Of a stretch of 64,000 nt of DNA, positions 24,750 through 39,411 are shown one piece after another. The DNA lies in the NCBI GenBank assembly GCA_028534125.1, contig CM052816.1, positions 16,990,001-17,054,000 of the forward strand, written 5' to 3'. The stretch's first letter is position 1, and each line of letters opens with the position of its first letter. The translations under genes were made by a program, and so were the position numbers. The stretch comes from Lama glama (lineage: Eukaryota). Below the pieces are notes generated by a model, which did not search any database, was not told the origin of the DNA, and saw nothing but the letters and a program-made list of their open reading frames with translations.

Positions 24750-24952
24750 CCTTATTGTAAAATGTGCTTTGTGTTAGATGATTTTGCCCAGCTGCAGGTG
24801 AATGTAAGTGTTCTGAGCACATTTAAGGTAGGTTAGCCTAAGCTATACTGTTTGGTAGGTGAGATGCACTAAATGCATTTTTGATTTACAGCATTTTCAA
24901 CTTATAATGGGTTTATCGGGAAATAACCCCATTGTAAGTTGAGGAAGATCTG
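24750..24952 (-). mobile_element. Half of a Tigger-family (MER47/Tigger5-like) DNA transposon
   Basis: ...gggtttatcgggaaataaccccattgtaagttgaggaagatctg followed by TA; only one terminus is visible. Confidence 0.75.
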
Positions 24953-25179
24953 TATTATACTTATTAGTTGATTATAATAAATCAAAACAAAATGAAGATG
25001 ATTATTCCTAATTATCAGATTGTTTCAAGGAATATGTAAACCAAAAATAAGAAATTTTGTAAGAAAAGTAAATGTCTTAAAACTCAGCTGGCACTATATT
25101 CATTTTAAGTATAGCCTCTACAGTCATACTGGAATGAAATGTTATCATTTCTATTTAGAACTTAAAAAAGACTTTAATT

Positions 25180-25317
25180 ATTTTTTAATTCCTTTTTTTG
25201 GCAGGGAGGTAATTAGGTTTATTTAACTTTCTATTTATTTAATGGAGATATTGAGGATTGAACCCAGGCCCTCCTGCATACTAGGCATGCACTCTACCAC
25301 TAGAGCTATATCCTCCC
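25180..25317 (-). mobile_element. Camelid-type tRNA-derived SINE
   Basis: Reverse complement of gggaggatatagctctagtggtagagtgcatgcctagtatgca...ctgggttcaatcctca; similar to the copy at 56485. Confidence 0.85.
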
Positions 25318-25539
25318 TACCTTGTATTTAGAATTTTACTTGGCTTTGAAAAGTGATTTCTGTCTCTCAATTTCTATTAACATATGATAGAAAATGTTTT
25401 TCTTTGGTGGTGTAAATCTTCTAGGTACATACTGTACTGAAGTGGCTTTTTATGTTAGCTTTACAAGGTCATCTTTTGGCAAGAATTTAAAAACCAATAA
25501 ATTTGAAATTAGTTCCACTGGACTTTTACAGAATTAGTG

Positions 25540-25765
25540 GTGACATAACATGAGAGCTTAGATCCTGAAGCCAGAATGCCTGGATTCACATCTCAGCTCT
25601 GTAACTTTCTAGTATAGTGCGATGTTCCTACACCCGTTTTTATCTGTATAATGGGAATGATGTTAATAGTACCTACTTCATAGAGCTGTCAATAAGGTTA
25701 AATGAGTTATGTCTAAAGTGCTCGGACCTCTGCTTGGCACAACATAAGCACTGAGTAAGTGTCCT
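25540..25765 (+). mobile_element. MIR SINE
   Basis: gccagaatgcctggattcacatctcagctctg...atctgtataatgggaatg...agtacctacttcatagagctg. Confidence 0.75.
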
Positions 25766-26650
25766 GCTGCAGTGTCAGGTCCTTCAGCCCCAGGATTTTC
25801 ATTTGTTTTGTTCACTTATATATCCCTAGAACTGCGTATTCTGTACGTGCCTATAACTGTGCCTAGCTTGTATCAGGCATTCAACAAATATTTGTTGAGT
25901 GAAGATATATCTTGGTAATAGGTATTCAATAGTGATTATTCATGAGGTTTTTAAAGGCCATGGTTATTTTAATTCTTTAATTTTTACAGAGGAAAAACTG
26001 AGTCCCAGAGAGAAGGAATCTTCCTAAAGTTACATGAGCTTTGCTGGTAATAAAATTTAATACAGAATCTTTGTCATAAGGGAAACACACCAGACAGAAC
26101 CTGTTTCCTCACTTCACTGTATTTTTTTTGCCAGTTGCTCCTGTCCCAATATTTATCAGAACCTCTCATGTAGAGGTACATTCAGTTTTTATTTGAATGG
26201 ATGCCACGGTATCTAAAGGCATAGTGGCCGTTGCAGCAGGCAGAATCAGTTTTCTCCCATGGGAACAAAGTGGCTTGCTCTGAGAGAATAAAGATAACTG
26301 TGTTCATGCTGTGTTCTTGGCCCCTGTCTGCTCTTCTTTCCTTCCTAAGAAAGCCTGGAACTCAGTGTGTATACCCCAAACTCCCACAGCCACTCCAGAA
26401 ATTAACACTGCACGGTTTTACAATAAGACAGACCTGGTTTCAAATCCCATTTCTGCTACTTACTACCTGTTGTATTACCTGTTACTACCTGTGACCTTGT
26501 TGTGCAAGTTATTTCACTTCCATAGCCTGAGTTTGTGCCACTATGAAATGGGTATGCCACCATGTTCACAGTGGAAGTAAACATTAGCAATAATATGGGG
26601 CCTATTGATTGTTCAGCATGATGAAGGCAAATAAGACCCACAGCAAGGCA

Positions 26651-27090
26651 TGTTGTAGTTGCAAGTTGGGTTCTCTGGGAAGAAACTCTGACATGGAGGG
26701 TGTTAGGTAGGACATTGATGAGCATGCTCTCGGATCAACACCTGAGGAAGGAAGGGGAAGGAAACAGGACTGGGCAGAGGAAGAAGTTGGGCTGTGGTGC
26801 AGAACAGTGAAGACCTCAGTTGACCTCCCACGGGGAGCCCTAGAGCTGGGATGGGTCTTAAGAATTGTTGCTAGTTGAGGTGACGGAGCTGGGCCTTTGC
26901 CCCTCCCCCAACCATGTTGTCGATTATTCGGTACAGGCTGGTCCTGGAGGTTTTCTTCCGCCAAGGCATTCTCCAAAGAGGGCTGACAGCTGAGGGTCAT
27001 GGCAGCATTCCCAGAAGCTGGGGGAGTAAATCCTGCATTCCTGAAGGGGCATCTGGATAGTGCTGCACAGCATCTGTCACTCCCAAACTA
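26651..27090 (-). mobile_element. LTR16-like ERVL solo LTR
   Basis: gggttctctgggaagaaactctgacatgg...ggatcaacacctgaggaaggaaggggaaggaaacaggactgggcagagg resembles LTR16 as I recall it. Confidence 0.7.
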
Positions 27091-28719
27091 CAGAAAAGAT
27101 CCTGAAAGTGCCTGGACAGGAAACACAGGGCACCCACAAAGGGACATGAATAAGAATGACATCCCAGAAGTCTCAAAATCACATTAGAAAAGACAATGGA
27201 TAAATGCTTTCAAACATCCCCTAGAAATCGATTTCTAACCTAGAATTGAATTCTGAGCCAAACTATCTATCAAATTTGAGGATACAATAAAACAATTTCA
27301 CATAGGCAGTTTTACTTTTGACTTCCCAGGCACTGTTTCTTAAGAAGGAATTGGATAAGGGATTTGGGAAGTAGAGAACCTGCCAAGAAGACGGGATGCA
27401 CAGTCTGAGTAGAAATGCTGAGCAGCAGCCTGGAGACCACAGAGAAGCCTGGAGTGAGGGCTGGGCCCTGGAGGTAAGCTGTTAATGGTCTATACCATAT
27501 TTTATTTATGGCTGTGTCAACACTTGGTAAATTCATAAAGTAAAATGAAGAAATAATGATTATAAAAGTCAAGACAGAAGTCACCTCTGAAAGGAAGGTG
27601 GGGGGCTATGATGGGGGGGAGCTTCTGAGGTGCTGGCAATGTTTTGTGTTTTGTTCTGAGTGATGGTTACATAGGTGTTTGCTTTATAATTATTGGTATA
27701 AATATAGACACATATACATATATACTTTACATATATGGTTTATGCTATTTCCATGTATATATTATATTTTAAAACAATTTATTTTAAAATATAATAAGAA
27801 AATAAATAGTAAGTGTAAAGCCCTCAACACAGTGCCTGGCCTGGAGCACACAGTACATGTCCAGTGTTGGTTGAATATCATCGTCATCATCGTCATCGTC
27901 CTGACCCTGCTATCTACTCCTGAATGAGTACTTTCAGTTTTTGGTTTCTATAGAAGTAGGGTGTGAGATGAATTCCGGAGGAGTGTGCGAAAGAGGGGAA
28001 CATGAATGTTTGGCCAGGAAATAGTTTTATGTCTGCACTGACAAAAAAAATTAAATCCAGAACTTCCTGTTCTGAAACATATTTCTAGCAGAGAGAAAAT
28101 TAAGATATTTTCTCTTTCCCCTGCTTCTTCTGAAACTGTCAAGTGGGCAGTAGGATGAAAAGAGTTATCTTCTCCTTTCCTGACAGCATTCTCTGATCTG
28201 TGGAGGGCAGACATCTTTTGCATCTGAGCAGATACATGAACCCCAACATTCTTATGGGGCAGATACTTCTAAGGGACACTTTCTCCTTCCTCTTAAACTC
28301 ATCTAATAGGGAGTTAGGCTGATGGAATGGAAAGAGCACTGGTCCAGGACTCTGGGACCTGGGCTCCAGCTCTGCCTTTAAGCAATGTGCGTCTTGGTCA
28401 AATCATTTCCCTTCTCAGGCATGGGTTTTCTCATCTGTAAAACCAGAGTTCTGGGGCTAGATCATCCCTGAGTTACCTTCCAGCTCTGTGACTCTAGTAT
28501 CCTGCAAAGGTAGTAAGAGAGGTAGTAGCATGGCCAACAGGAAAAGCATGTGGGTGTTGAGTCAAGCAAAACTAGGTTTAGATTCCAGTGCCAATACTTA
28601 CTAGTTATATGAACTTTGTAAATTATTTAACTGTCCTCAGCCTCAATTCCCAGGTCTATAAAATTGGAGTAGTACCTGGATGCAGAACTGTTGTGAGGAT
28701 GAAATAAAATGGTATATTT

Positions 28720-29250
28720 CTATGGTTCCCAAACTGTGCTGAGGCACCCTAAGGCTCTGCAGTGAATTCACATGAGTACCACCACTGGATATATCAAAAT
28801 TTTGAGGGAAACACACTCACATATGTTTGGTACCAGAGGTAGTTAAGAGTTTCAACATTAGATTGTGCTACAGGTCTTAATGCCTTATGTTGTATCTTCA
28901 CAAAACTGGGTTTTCAGTATGATAAAAAGCAAGTACCATGTGAAGATCAGCATGGAACACCAGATGAGGGTGGCAGTATTCAAAGTGGTTAAGAAGTTGG
29001 TGGTGTGTAATGGGTGCACACATCCCATTAATAAGTAATGGTGGTTATTTAAGAGGAAAATAAAAATAATATTTTTCTTTTAATTTACAAGTATTTTTTT
29101 CAAACAACTAAGTTGTTAGTATATAAATGCTTCTTGTTTTGACTGAATTATTTAATAAATGGAGCTGTTAGATATATATACTTTTTGGCCTAGGGAATGG
29201 TAGAAAACTTATTGAGACAATGTGGGCTCTGTGAAAAAAGAAAGAAAATT
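28720..29250 (+). mobile_element. hAT-Charlie-like DNA transposon inserted in a MIR
   Basis: Begins ctatggttcccaaactgtgctgaggcaccc; MIR sequence lies on both sides (28540-28720 and 29260-29300). Confidence 0.55.
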
Positions 29251-32200
29251 TGGGGAAATTACCTGGCACACAGTAGGTGCTCAACAAATGGTAAAAATTA
29301 TTAAGGAAACTTGCATAAGGGAACACTGAGCTATCTCTTACAGTTTATTGCTGGTAGTGATGAGAGCCAAACTTAAATCAAGAGGAGTTTGACACATCTT
29401 TATAATAATGGCACCAGGCATGTAGAAACACTGAATAAACGTCAGTTTAGCAAGTGAGGATATCACAGATAAAGGCTTTACAGGGCACCTGGGACATGAC
29501 CACCAAAGTGAATAATCATTTTTTTCAAGGTCCTTTTGTCTGCATAATTTATTCCCAAGGATATCCCCAAGTCAAAATCCGTTCTCTCCAGAAGATTTTG
29601 GTTATTTTAGCCCTATTTTAAATGTGGTTAAATTGCTGCTGTAGAATTCCAGTTTGAAGACTTTGCCATAGATTCCAACATGATTGGAACCTGCTGGCTG
29701 CAGTCTGAGCTGGGCTCAAAATAGGTCTGACCACAAAGCAGGAGTCTTGAGTATGAGTTATATTGTAGCAAAAGTAAACCAGTCATTGGTTTAGCCTACT
29801 CACTAAAAAATAGCTGCTTTAGAGCCCTTAGGAGAACAACAAACCACAACAAATTTGCCCCCTATATGCTGTCGATTTTAAATTTAAAGCAATTTAGAGT
29901 AAAAGATGTAATTATGTTCTCAAATAGCCTCTGCCTATAATATGGGAATAGAACTACCTTCTCAAATATTCATCTCTCAATATTTGAAATTAGAGTTGTT
30001 TTCATGCCTTTTTTGCAAATCAACACTTAGGTGAGGATGAACTTCTATGAGATAGCAACAAGTCTGTTGTAGGAGACGTGCTTCCTTTTCCCTTTAATCG
30101 CTGAATCCAAACGGTTTCTGAAGCACACATTAAAAAGAAAACAGCTTGTTCTTGGTTCTGTCAAGTATGGGGCTTTGATAGCAGGAAGGCAGGTTTACTG
30201 AGAGATTTATTCATTATAGGATTGAATTCATAAGCTAGAAATTTGTTGCTGATACTTATTTGAAAAAAAAAACACAGGATTTTTGAGGGGGAGCAGTTTT
30301 CACTAAAAATGGAGGCTGTACCTATGAGGATAACTTTAAAAATTAAATTGCAAAACAAGTCATTTTCTTGCCAATCTGTCCCAAGGTGTTTTGATTTTTA
30401 TTACTCTTTTTGGTCTTTGTCCCTCTGAGAGTTCCACTGCAGGTTTAGAACAAGACTGATAATTTATTTGCTTTGCCTCATCCTCTCTGACTTTCCCTTA
30501 TTATTCTGTTGGAGGTGGCTCCTTTTTTTGTCTGAAAGGCATTGGATAATAATTTTTGGGGAGAGGAGATCTAAACCTTCTCATAACCATTGTATAACTG
30601 TGTATGCTTATGAATAACATTAGGGAAAGGTCTGTTGTTCCCCATCCACCTTGTTTCTTAATTTGAAAATAACGAGCAGCAAGGGAGGCAAGGGTGTGTA
30701 TTTCTGACAAGGGTTAATTTACTTCGGTGAAAGCCTTGCCCAGAGTAATTTCAGCCAATGGGGGCTCACCCTAATGAGGTAATGCTTTCAACCCACACCT
30801 CATTGGTTGCTCTTCTCCTTACTTGGTGTTCTCCCAGAGGCTGGAAAGTGAAGTGGGTTTGTTTTAGGGATAATGGGAGCTTTTCGCTCTGGCTATTCAC
30901 CTCGCTCCACCAAATCTTTTGGCAGCATGGCACAGGGAGTTGCTGAAAACAGGCGATGCTTACAGAAATGCTTAGAGCCACTGGGGACAATCTCAGGTTT
31001 CCCTTCTCAAGCAATTAGATATCCTGCAACTTGAGCCAGCTCTTCTCCCTGGGGCTGCAGGGGTGTCTTCTAGTCTGGCCGTTTACCCCCATTCCTTTGT
31101 CAGTGACTAGAATTCTCAGCAATGAGAACACGAATGAGATAGGCAGATGCTAGACTATGAAGGGCTGAGGGAAAAGCCAGCCAGTCCTGTAACATATATA
31201 TCCCATAATGCTTGTCATGCACCGACTATGGGGCCAAGCAGCATATCACTTCTTAATGCTCTTTGGCCTGGGAGCAACAGTGCCATCTGTGAGTCAGGCT
31301 GATTGCTTCTATAGCTCCCCCACAAAGCTGGAGGGGTGATGATGGGAGGAACTGGGGCGTCTTTCCAGCCACCTCACCTCTGTCTATTGCCTTTTATTCT
31401 AGGTCCATTCTGGGAAATTGTGTTGACTGCATTATAGTGGCTCCTGTAGATCTTTTAATAAGGAATCGATTATCTGTGTCTCTAAAAGAACTTGGAGAGC
31501 TATTGGCTCTGCTTTTATATTGGAATCTGTCTAAACTTCCTAGGAAGGAGGGAGGAAGCAGCTGATTCTAGGCTGTGTGCAAATAGGGAAACTGAGGCTG
31601 GGAGGACAAAGTAATTGTGGGTGCAATAGGGATAATAGGTGAGTGCTTATCTAGTCTTTGAGCATAAACTCATGCTCCTTTTCATACAGTTAATTAGACA
31701 ACAAAGAAGCGAGAGGGTATTCCCAGTACATCTGAACTCTGAAAATTTTCAGGGCTAACTGGTTAAGTTAGGACATTTGTATACATGTATAGGACCCTAC
31801 AACCACATGGGGAAAAATTAGTGGGGAGAAACTTCTAAAAGAGAATTGAATCAGAACATATTCTGTGGACTGGGAGAGTTGAGGGTGACAGCCTTCCAAA
31901 CATAAATGCCGCCCTGTGGAGTGGGTAATCAATATGATTTAAAACATAATTTAGTTGAAAGCATTAGTCCTTTGCCATTCATGGCTGAGCTTCATGGAAT
32001 GAGATTCTGGGAGTCAAAGGTAGGAAATTTTATTCCATTTTGCCATCAAATCCTGGGAAAGTAGCTGTTTTTTTGCGACCCAGTTTAACAGTCATAAAAT
32101 AGGAGTATCATCCTAAACTCAAGGGAAGATTTTTGTGAGTGCAAGGCTCACCCAAAGTGTTTAAAAGGGTGATATAAGATTCCGATAATATTATCTGAAG

Positions 32201-33852
32201 CATCCTGAAACTAACTCCACCCAGCTCCTTACCCATAGGATAAAGGTCTTTTCCCTATTTCTTTCACCCCTCCCTCTTCCACCCATGGTCCAAACTGTTA
32301 GAGACCTGGCCCTCACTAGATTAGATTTATCGTGGAAAACAAAGAAAGATTAGAAAGAAAAGGAAGTATAAAATGTAGGAGGCTTCCAGGTTGAATATGC
32401 AATTGTGTTTACAGGATGAATCAGATGATACATATGAAAGTACTTTGTAACACGTAACATGTTAACATGATAATGGAAGAGATTATTGCTCCTCAAAAGA
32501 ACAGGAACTATGTTCTAGTCATTGCTGACCTCCAGGGCCCAGCCCAGTATATGGCACATAGGTCTTTTTTTTTTTTCCATAAACTTTTTATTATTGGAAA
32601 AGTTTCATTATACAAAAGTATAAAGAATAGTTTAATGCATATTCATGTGCCCAGTATCAAGCTTTTACCAACTCATTACAATGACATTTAATTAATGTTT
32701 TTTGAAAGAAAGGATTTTGGAAATTTCTTGAACTTAATTTACCCCATCCTCCTTTTCTTTAGAGGATTATTACCAATATGAACAATAAAATCAGAAAATC
32801 ATATTTCCTATAGTATTTCTCATTAGGTTAATCACATCTGAGAAAAATAGAGGTAGAAGTCTTAGGGACACTTTTCATTAATTAATAAAAGGATTATAAA
32901 ATAAACATTTTGATTTTATAAAGAGCAGAACCTCAAACTATTTTCTACTCCTGCTTGTGATTAATAGTTCATTCAGCCTCAGAGTTTTAAAAAACACTTT
33001 AGCACGGTAAGTAGGTGCTGGGAGTTGGCTGAAAACCATACCAGTCCCTAGGGCTGATCTGCAGGGCCATCAGCCCTCTGCCTTGACTGTGATATGGATG
33101 GAATGGGGCCAAGGTCTCCATGTTTCTTGGTGTTTCTATTTTATTTATCTTCGACCCTTGTCCTGCTGGCTCTTTATCTTTAAGGACACAGATAGCAGGC
33201 AGCTGAGTCCGATACATTTGCCCGAACAGCCTTTTGGCAGTTTTCATGTTTGTTTTCTGGGAAGACCAGGAAAAAGCCCACCAGTGGTCCGGATTGAGAT
33301 GAGTGTCCTAGCTGTGAGACTGTGAGTGTCTGGGTGAGTTGCTTCCCTTTGGGGTTTACATATTTTAGTAAAATAACGCTTTTTGTTATAGTGGTATGGT
33401 GGAGAAAGGGGAGCCTTTAGAGTAAAAGAGGCCAGTAAAAAAGGGTTTGAATTTCATCTCCATGTTTTTCATATTTCTCATCTGTAAAATGGTTGTTTCA
33501 AGAAAAAAATCATTTTAAACCACCTAGTGCAGTGGCTGGCACACAGCCAAGTGCTCAATTATATAGGAGCTACTATTATGATCAAAATGAGGAAGTTGCA
33601 AGTAGAAAAATAGGCAATGGATATGGATAACTAATTCACTGAAAAAAAAAACAAACAAACCACTGGCCAGGAAGCATATACTCAACCTCAGTTGTGCCAC
33701 TGTTTTTGCTCATCAAACTGGCAAAAAATATATATATACACATAATATCTATTGGTGAAAGTTGAAGCAAATAGGCATTTTTCTATACTGTTTACAAAGC
33801 CTCTTCACAGGTAGTTTTGGTAATGTCTATCAAATTTGAAATACATTACTCT

Positions 33853-33919
33853 TTTTTTAATTGAAGTATAGTCAGTTTACAATGTAGTGTTAATTTCTGG
33901 TGTACAGCATACATTCAGT

Positions 33920-33962
<43 letters not shown>

Positions 33963-34040
33963 TCCTTTTCATATTCTTTTTCATTATAGGCTACTGAATA
34001 TAGTTCCCTGTGCTATACAGTAGGACCTTGTTTTTCTATT
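33853..34040 (-). mobile_element. Short L1 3' tail containing a (CA)n microsatellite (33923-33959)
   Basis: ttttttaattgaagtatagtcagtttacaatg...gttccctgtgctatacagtaggaccttg; sits inside older L1 sequence. Confidence 0.8.
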
Positions 34041-35599
34041 AAATGCGTTATTCTGTAACTTGGCAATTTTGTTTCTAGGAATCTGCTGTACACAAATATA
34101 CACACGAGTATACACTTATTGTACTGTTATTAATAAAGAAAACTGGAAATAGCTTAAATTTACTAATATGAAAAGATTAATATGGAATATTATATGTAAA
34201 TACTATATGTAAAAATATAGAACATTGTAGTATGATCCCATTTATGTTAAGAAAAATAATTGTGTGAGTGTGTGCATTTTATAAATGTATAAAAAGAGTT
34301 GTCAGAGGGTATACTTCACAGTTTACTTTTAGAGAGTGGAATAAGATTAGGGCATACAGAGAAAATTTTGCTCTTTATTCTTTATTCTTCTAAATTTTTT
34401 GAATTTTCCCAATGATTATATATTATTTTTGTATTTGAAAAAAACAGTTTAAAAAAAGGGTTGTGCTGTGAATTAGATCATCCTTCAGTCCCTTTGTGAG
34501 TACTTGGTTTGATCCAACTTTATAGTTGGCTGAGGCCAAGCATTTCTTGGGTCTGAAGTGTGGGAAGAGCTTCCATTTAATAAGCAAAACTTTCTCTTTA
34601 TGATTTGGGACTTGGATTGGTGGACTCCAATGACCCCTTCTGAAGATGGCAGGACTGCTTGGAAGCTAGGAGAGATGTTTCAGTCTTCTTTCCTACCGAA
34701 AAGAAAAAAAAAAGGTCTTGAGATTCTTTGGAAGAGTCAAGATCTCAGAGCTGCAGCATCTCAGAATCCAAGACTCCTGGGCTGGCAAAGAACTTTCCGA
34801 GTTCATCTGTCTCTCTGCTTCCTCTCAGGTCAGGTCCGATGAAATCGGACATGCCAGATCCCTTATAATGAAATTACTCTTCCGGTTTTAGGGAAATTTC
34901 TTGGACTACAGGTGCCCACCAACTTCTAGTGGTTTGCACATTTAGTTCTTACCACTATGTATAAATCCTGGATGAGAAAACAGACAAAACCTCTTATTTA
35001 AGATAGGGATAGGGGCTGAAAGATGAGGAATCCTGTTTTCCTGCACATGAGTAACTTGCCCTAACTCTGAAAAGAGCCACAAGAGGTTAAGAAAAGCATC
35101 ATTCTAATATCCTTCAGAACTCTTTGATTTTAGATTGAACACAGAGGAGGAATGGCACTGAAGTACTGGCAAAGGTCTGTGTTGGGTACAGTGGTACTTC
35201 ATTTCATCACATGGCTAAATATTTTAATATTTAAAAAATTGTGCACAACATCCATGTAAAATATAGTATATAATGTAAAAATACATAATATATAAATACA
35301 GAAACAATTTGAAGAATGATTATGAAAAACAAACCCCATGTACACTCCACCCAGTGTGAGAAGTAGAATATTACAAAGCTTTGGAAGGTCCTTGGTAGCG
35401 CTCCCAGCACTGTTGCAAACTGAGCACTGCACAAAGGTCCTTGCCTAGCAGAGGGAGATTTCCTCCTGGAGGGTGGGACCTTTTCCTTGGGTACAAAAGC
35501 TGTGTCTGCTGCTAGGCTGTGGGCTCACTGGGCTGTCATTTTCTAATTCATCTGCCTAGGGAATTATCCTTTTTCTCATTCCCAAAGAGGCCACTTACA

Positions 35600-37979
35600 G
35601 GCTTGTTATCTGTAGTTCACTCATTTTTCACTGCTGTATATATTTCATTGTATGGTCCATTATTCTGTAGCTGGAATTTTGTGTTGGCTATTACAATCAA
35701 TGCACTGTTAACATTTTTTGCACATGTATTCTGATACCTTTGTGCACATAGTTATTGAGGGCATATACTCAGAAGTCAAACTGCTTGGGCAGAGTTTTTT
35801 GGTCTTCAACTTTAGTGGATAATGCCAAATTATTTTCCTACTATCATGAATGAGAGATTCTATTGCTCCACATCCTTGCTAACACTTAGCATTTCCAGAT
35901 TTATTAATTTCAGCCATTCTTATGGGTATATTGTGGTGGATGTATAGTCGTATTTCATTTTAGTTTGCTTTCCCCAGTTATTAATATGGTTGTGTATTAT
36001 TTGTACATTTATTGGCCATTTGGATTTCCTCATATGTGCAGAACCTATAAAAAAGGTTTCTTTTGGTGCAGCTTTGTACTGGATTATGTTTTGAAAATTG
36101 TTTATTTAATTTCTGGGAGTTATTTATATAATGTGGATTATAGTCCTTTTTGGGTTGAATGCTTTCTAACAAACTTTGCCACCTCTTTGGCTTGAGTTTT
36201 TACTCTTTTTACGGTGTCAAATATGATGCAGATGAATTGATCAATTCCTTATGGTGAGAGTTTGTGTTTTAAGAGTCATGAAGATATTCTCCTACATTAT
36301 CTTTTTTGAAACTTGCTTCAAAGTATTTTATTGTGAAATATTCATATAGAGGAATGCCCAAAACAAAGAATATACACAGCTCAATAACAATTTATTACAA
36401 ACATCCGTGCAACTACTACTCATGTCAAAAAAATAGAACTTTGTTTAGTACCCAGACACCCACTCTTGCTCCTCCTCCCCAAAGGAACAACTACCATGAC
36501 TTCTATGTTAATCACTTTTGTGCCTTTTTTAAAAAAATAGTTTTTCTACCTCAATATGTATGCCTAAACACGATGGTTTAGTTTTGCTTTTTTTTTTGAA
36601 AAACACTTACATTTAGATTTAATCTAAAAAAAACAGGGAGCTAATTTTTATTTAAAATTTTTTGAAATACAAAATATTCATGGAGAAGCATGCAAATCAT
36701 AAGAAGACAGCTAGATGAATAGTTTCTAAGTGACAATATCCATATAGTCACGTCCTAGGCTAAGATGGAGAATGTTTCCTCATGACTCCTCTCTCAATCA
36801 GTGACTCTTTCCTTTCTCCCAAAGTCTTCCCTCCTTAACTACAATCCTGAATTCTAAAATTGTAGTTTAGATTTCCCTGCTTTTGAAATATGGAATCCTA
36901 CAGTATGTGTTTGTGTCTAGCTTCTTTCATTTAAATTATTTTTGTGGCATTCATCATGTTGTTGCCTGTAGCTGTGGTTTGTTCATTTTCATTGTAGTAT
37001 AATATATAGTAAAAATATACTGAAATTCATTTATCATTCATTAGTCTATCATTGATAGCTACCTGAGTTTCCATTTTTTTGCCATTATGAAAAATGCAGA
37101 TATGCACATTTTTTTGTACATGTCTTTCAATGCCTATGTGCACACATTTCATTGGATATGAGTGACACTGATGAAGTTTAGAGTATGTTTATATTAAAGT
37201 AGTCTCTCTCTTTATATATATCTGTGTGTATTGTGTATATATATGTGTGTAGGTATATATATTATATACATATATTGTAATCTTTTTTAAAAAGTTTAAC
37301 CTTTCTGTGTTCTTATGTTTTAAGTATGTTTGCAGTAAACAGAATTTTGCTGCATTTAAAAAATTCAGTTTGACATTTTCTGCCTTTTAATTGAGGAGTT
37401 AATATATTTACATTGATTGTAATTATTCAAATATTTTCTGCCAATTTTTTAAACTATTCATCCTGCTTTTAAAATTTCTTATCCATTTTTTGGGATTAAG
37501 TTTCCCCTACTTAATTTTATCCCCTCTAATATACTAGAAGTTATACACACTGTTACTGTTTACTTATTTTAGATATTATATAGAAATTTTGACATGCATA
37601 TTTAATTCAACAACATATTTAGCCTCCTCTAAACAACACAAAGCCTTATAATATTTTAACTCCATTCACAGTCTCCCAACATATGTAAAATCATCCAGTA
37701 ATATTTGAATTTAGACAATATTGCTATTATTTTGGACAGCCAATGTTTATTTAGATTTATAGAATGTTTACAGTTTTCTTTGGTCATCTATACTTCTTGC
37801 ATTTTGGAGCTTCCTTCTGGGATTACTTTCTTTTTTTCCTATGTATATCCTTTGGCATGTCCTTTTATGAACATCTATTGATAGTAAGTTCTTTTTTTAT
37901 TTGTTTTTAATTTCATTTTTTATTGATGTGTAGTTGATTTACAATGTTAGTTTCAGGTGTACAGCAAAGTGATTCAGTT

Positions 37980-38018
<39 letters not shown>

Positions 38019-39400
38019 CATATTTTTTCATATTCTTTTCCATTATAGCTTATACGAGAAATTGAATATAGCTTCCTGTGCTATACAGTAGTATGCCCTT
38101 GTGTTTTTTTAATCTATTTTATATATAGTAATGTGTGTATGTTAATCCCAAACTCCCAATTTATTCCTCCTCTCCCCTCCCCTTTGGTAACCATAGTTTG
38201 TTTTCTATGTTTGTGAATCTATTTCTGTTTTATACATAATCATCTTTTTAGATTCCACATATAAATGATATCATATGGTATTTGTCTTTCTCTGTCTTAT
38301 TTCACTTAATATGATAATCTATAGGTCCATCCATGTTGCTGCAAATGGCATTATTTCATTCTTTTTTATGGCTGAGTAATATTCCTGTGTGTGTGTGTGT
38401 GTGTGTGTCTGTGTGTGTCTGTGTGTGTCTGTGTGTATATATACATACACCCCACATCTTCTTTATCCATTCATCTGTCACGGACATTTAGGTTGTTTTC
38501 ATGTCTTGCCTATTGTTAATAGTGCTGCTATGGACATTGGGGTGTGGGTATCTTTTTGAATTACAGTTTTCTCCAGATGTATGTCCAGGAGTGGGATTGC
38601 TGGATCATATGGTAGGTCTTCTTTTAGTTTTTTAAGGAACCTCCATACTATCCTCTCTAGCGGCTGCACCAAGTAAATTCTTTTTTAAAATGTGAATTGT
38701 ATATAATTTTTCAGTTCTTATATTGTTTATCTGAAAATATTTTTATTTTTCTGTCCTCCTTAAAATGTCATTTCACTGGATTTGGAGTTGATGGCAATTT
38801 TCTCTTACCATTTTGAAGATACATTACAATGTCTTCTGACTTCTCTTGTTGCTGTTGAAAAGTCAGCTGCCAGCCAATTTGTCATTTCTTTGAAGATTAA
38901 TCTATCTTTTCTTGCTGCCTAATTTTAAGATCCCCTTTTACTCTGATGTCATGAACTTTCACTGTGAACTGACCAAGTATGAATTTCATTGTAGTTTTTC
39001 AGTGTGGCAATTTTTGGTCTTCCCGAATTTAGGATATTTACCATCTATTCTTAAAAATGTGCAGCTATTATTTCTTTGAATACTGCCTTCCTTCATATTA
39101 CTATCTCCTTCTTGAATTTTAATTAGACATTTGTTGACTCTTCTTACCCTATCCTCCATGTATCTCGACCTCTCGTATATTTTATTTCCTTGTCTCTCTG
39201 TGTTACATCTTGAAAACTCTTCAGGTGATCTTTCAGTTAACCAATTCTCCCTCTGGATGTCAAATTGATGGTTAATCGGTCCTTTGAGTTTCTACTCTCA
39301 ATTATTGTATTCTTTATTTCTGTAAGTTTTCAAATCTGCTTCATCAATTTTGATAGTTTCTTATACCTTTATTATCTTTATTTCCTCTAATTCCTTTAAA
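35600..39400 (-). mobile_element. Mosaic of old antisense L1 fragments
   Basis: T-rich degraded L1 3' UTR and ORF-like text; boundaries approximate. Confidence 0.6.
37898..38671 (-). mobile_element. 5'-truncated L1 3' end with (CA)n(TA)n and (TG)n tracts
   Basis: Similar to 494-1250; TSD agtaa(g/a)ttctttttt at 37883-37897 and 38672-38686. Confidence 0.9.
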
Positions 39401-39411
39401 AATACTAAACA

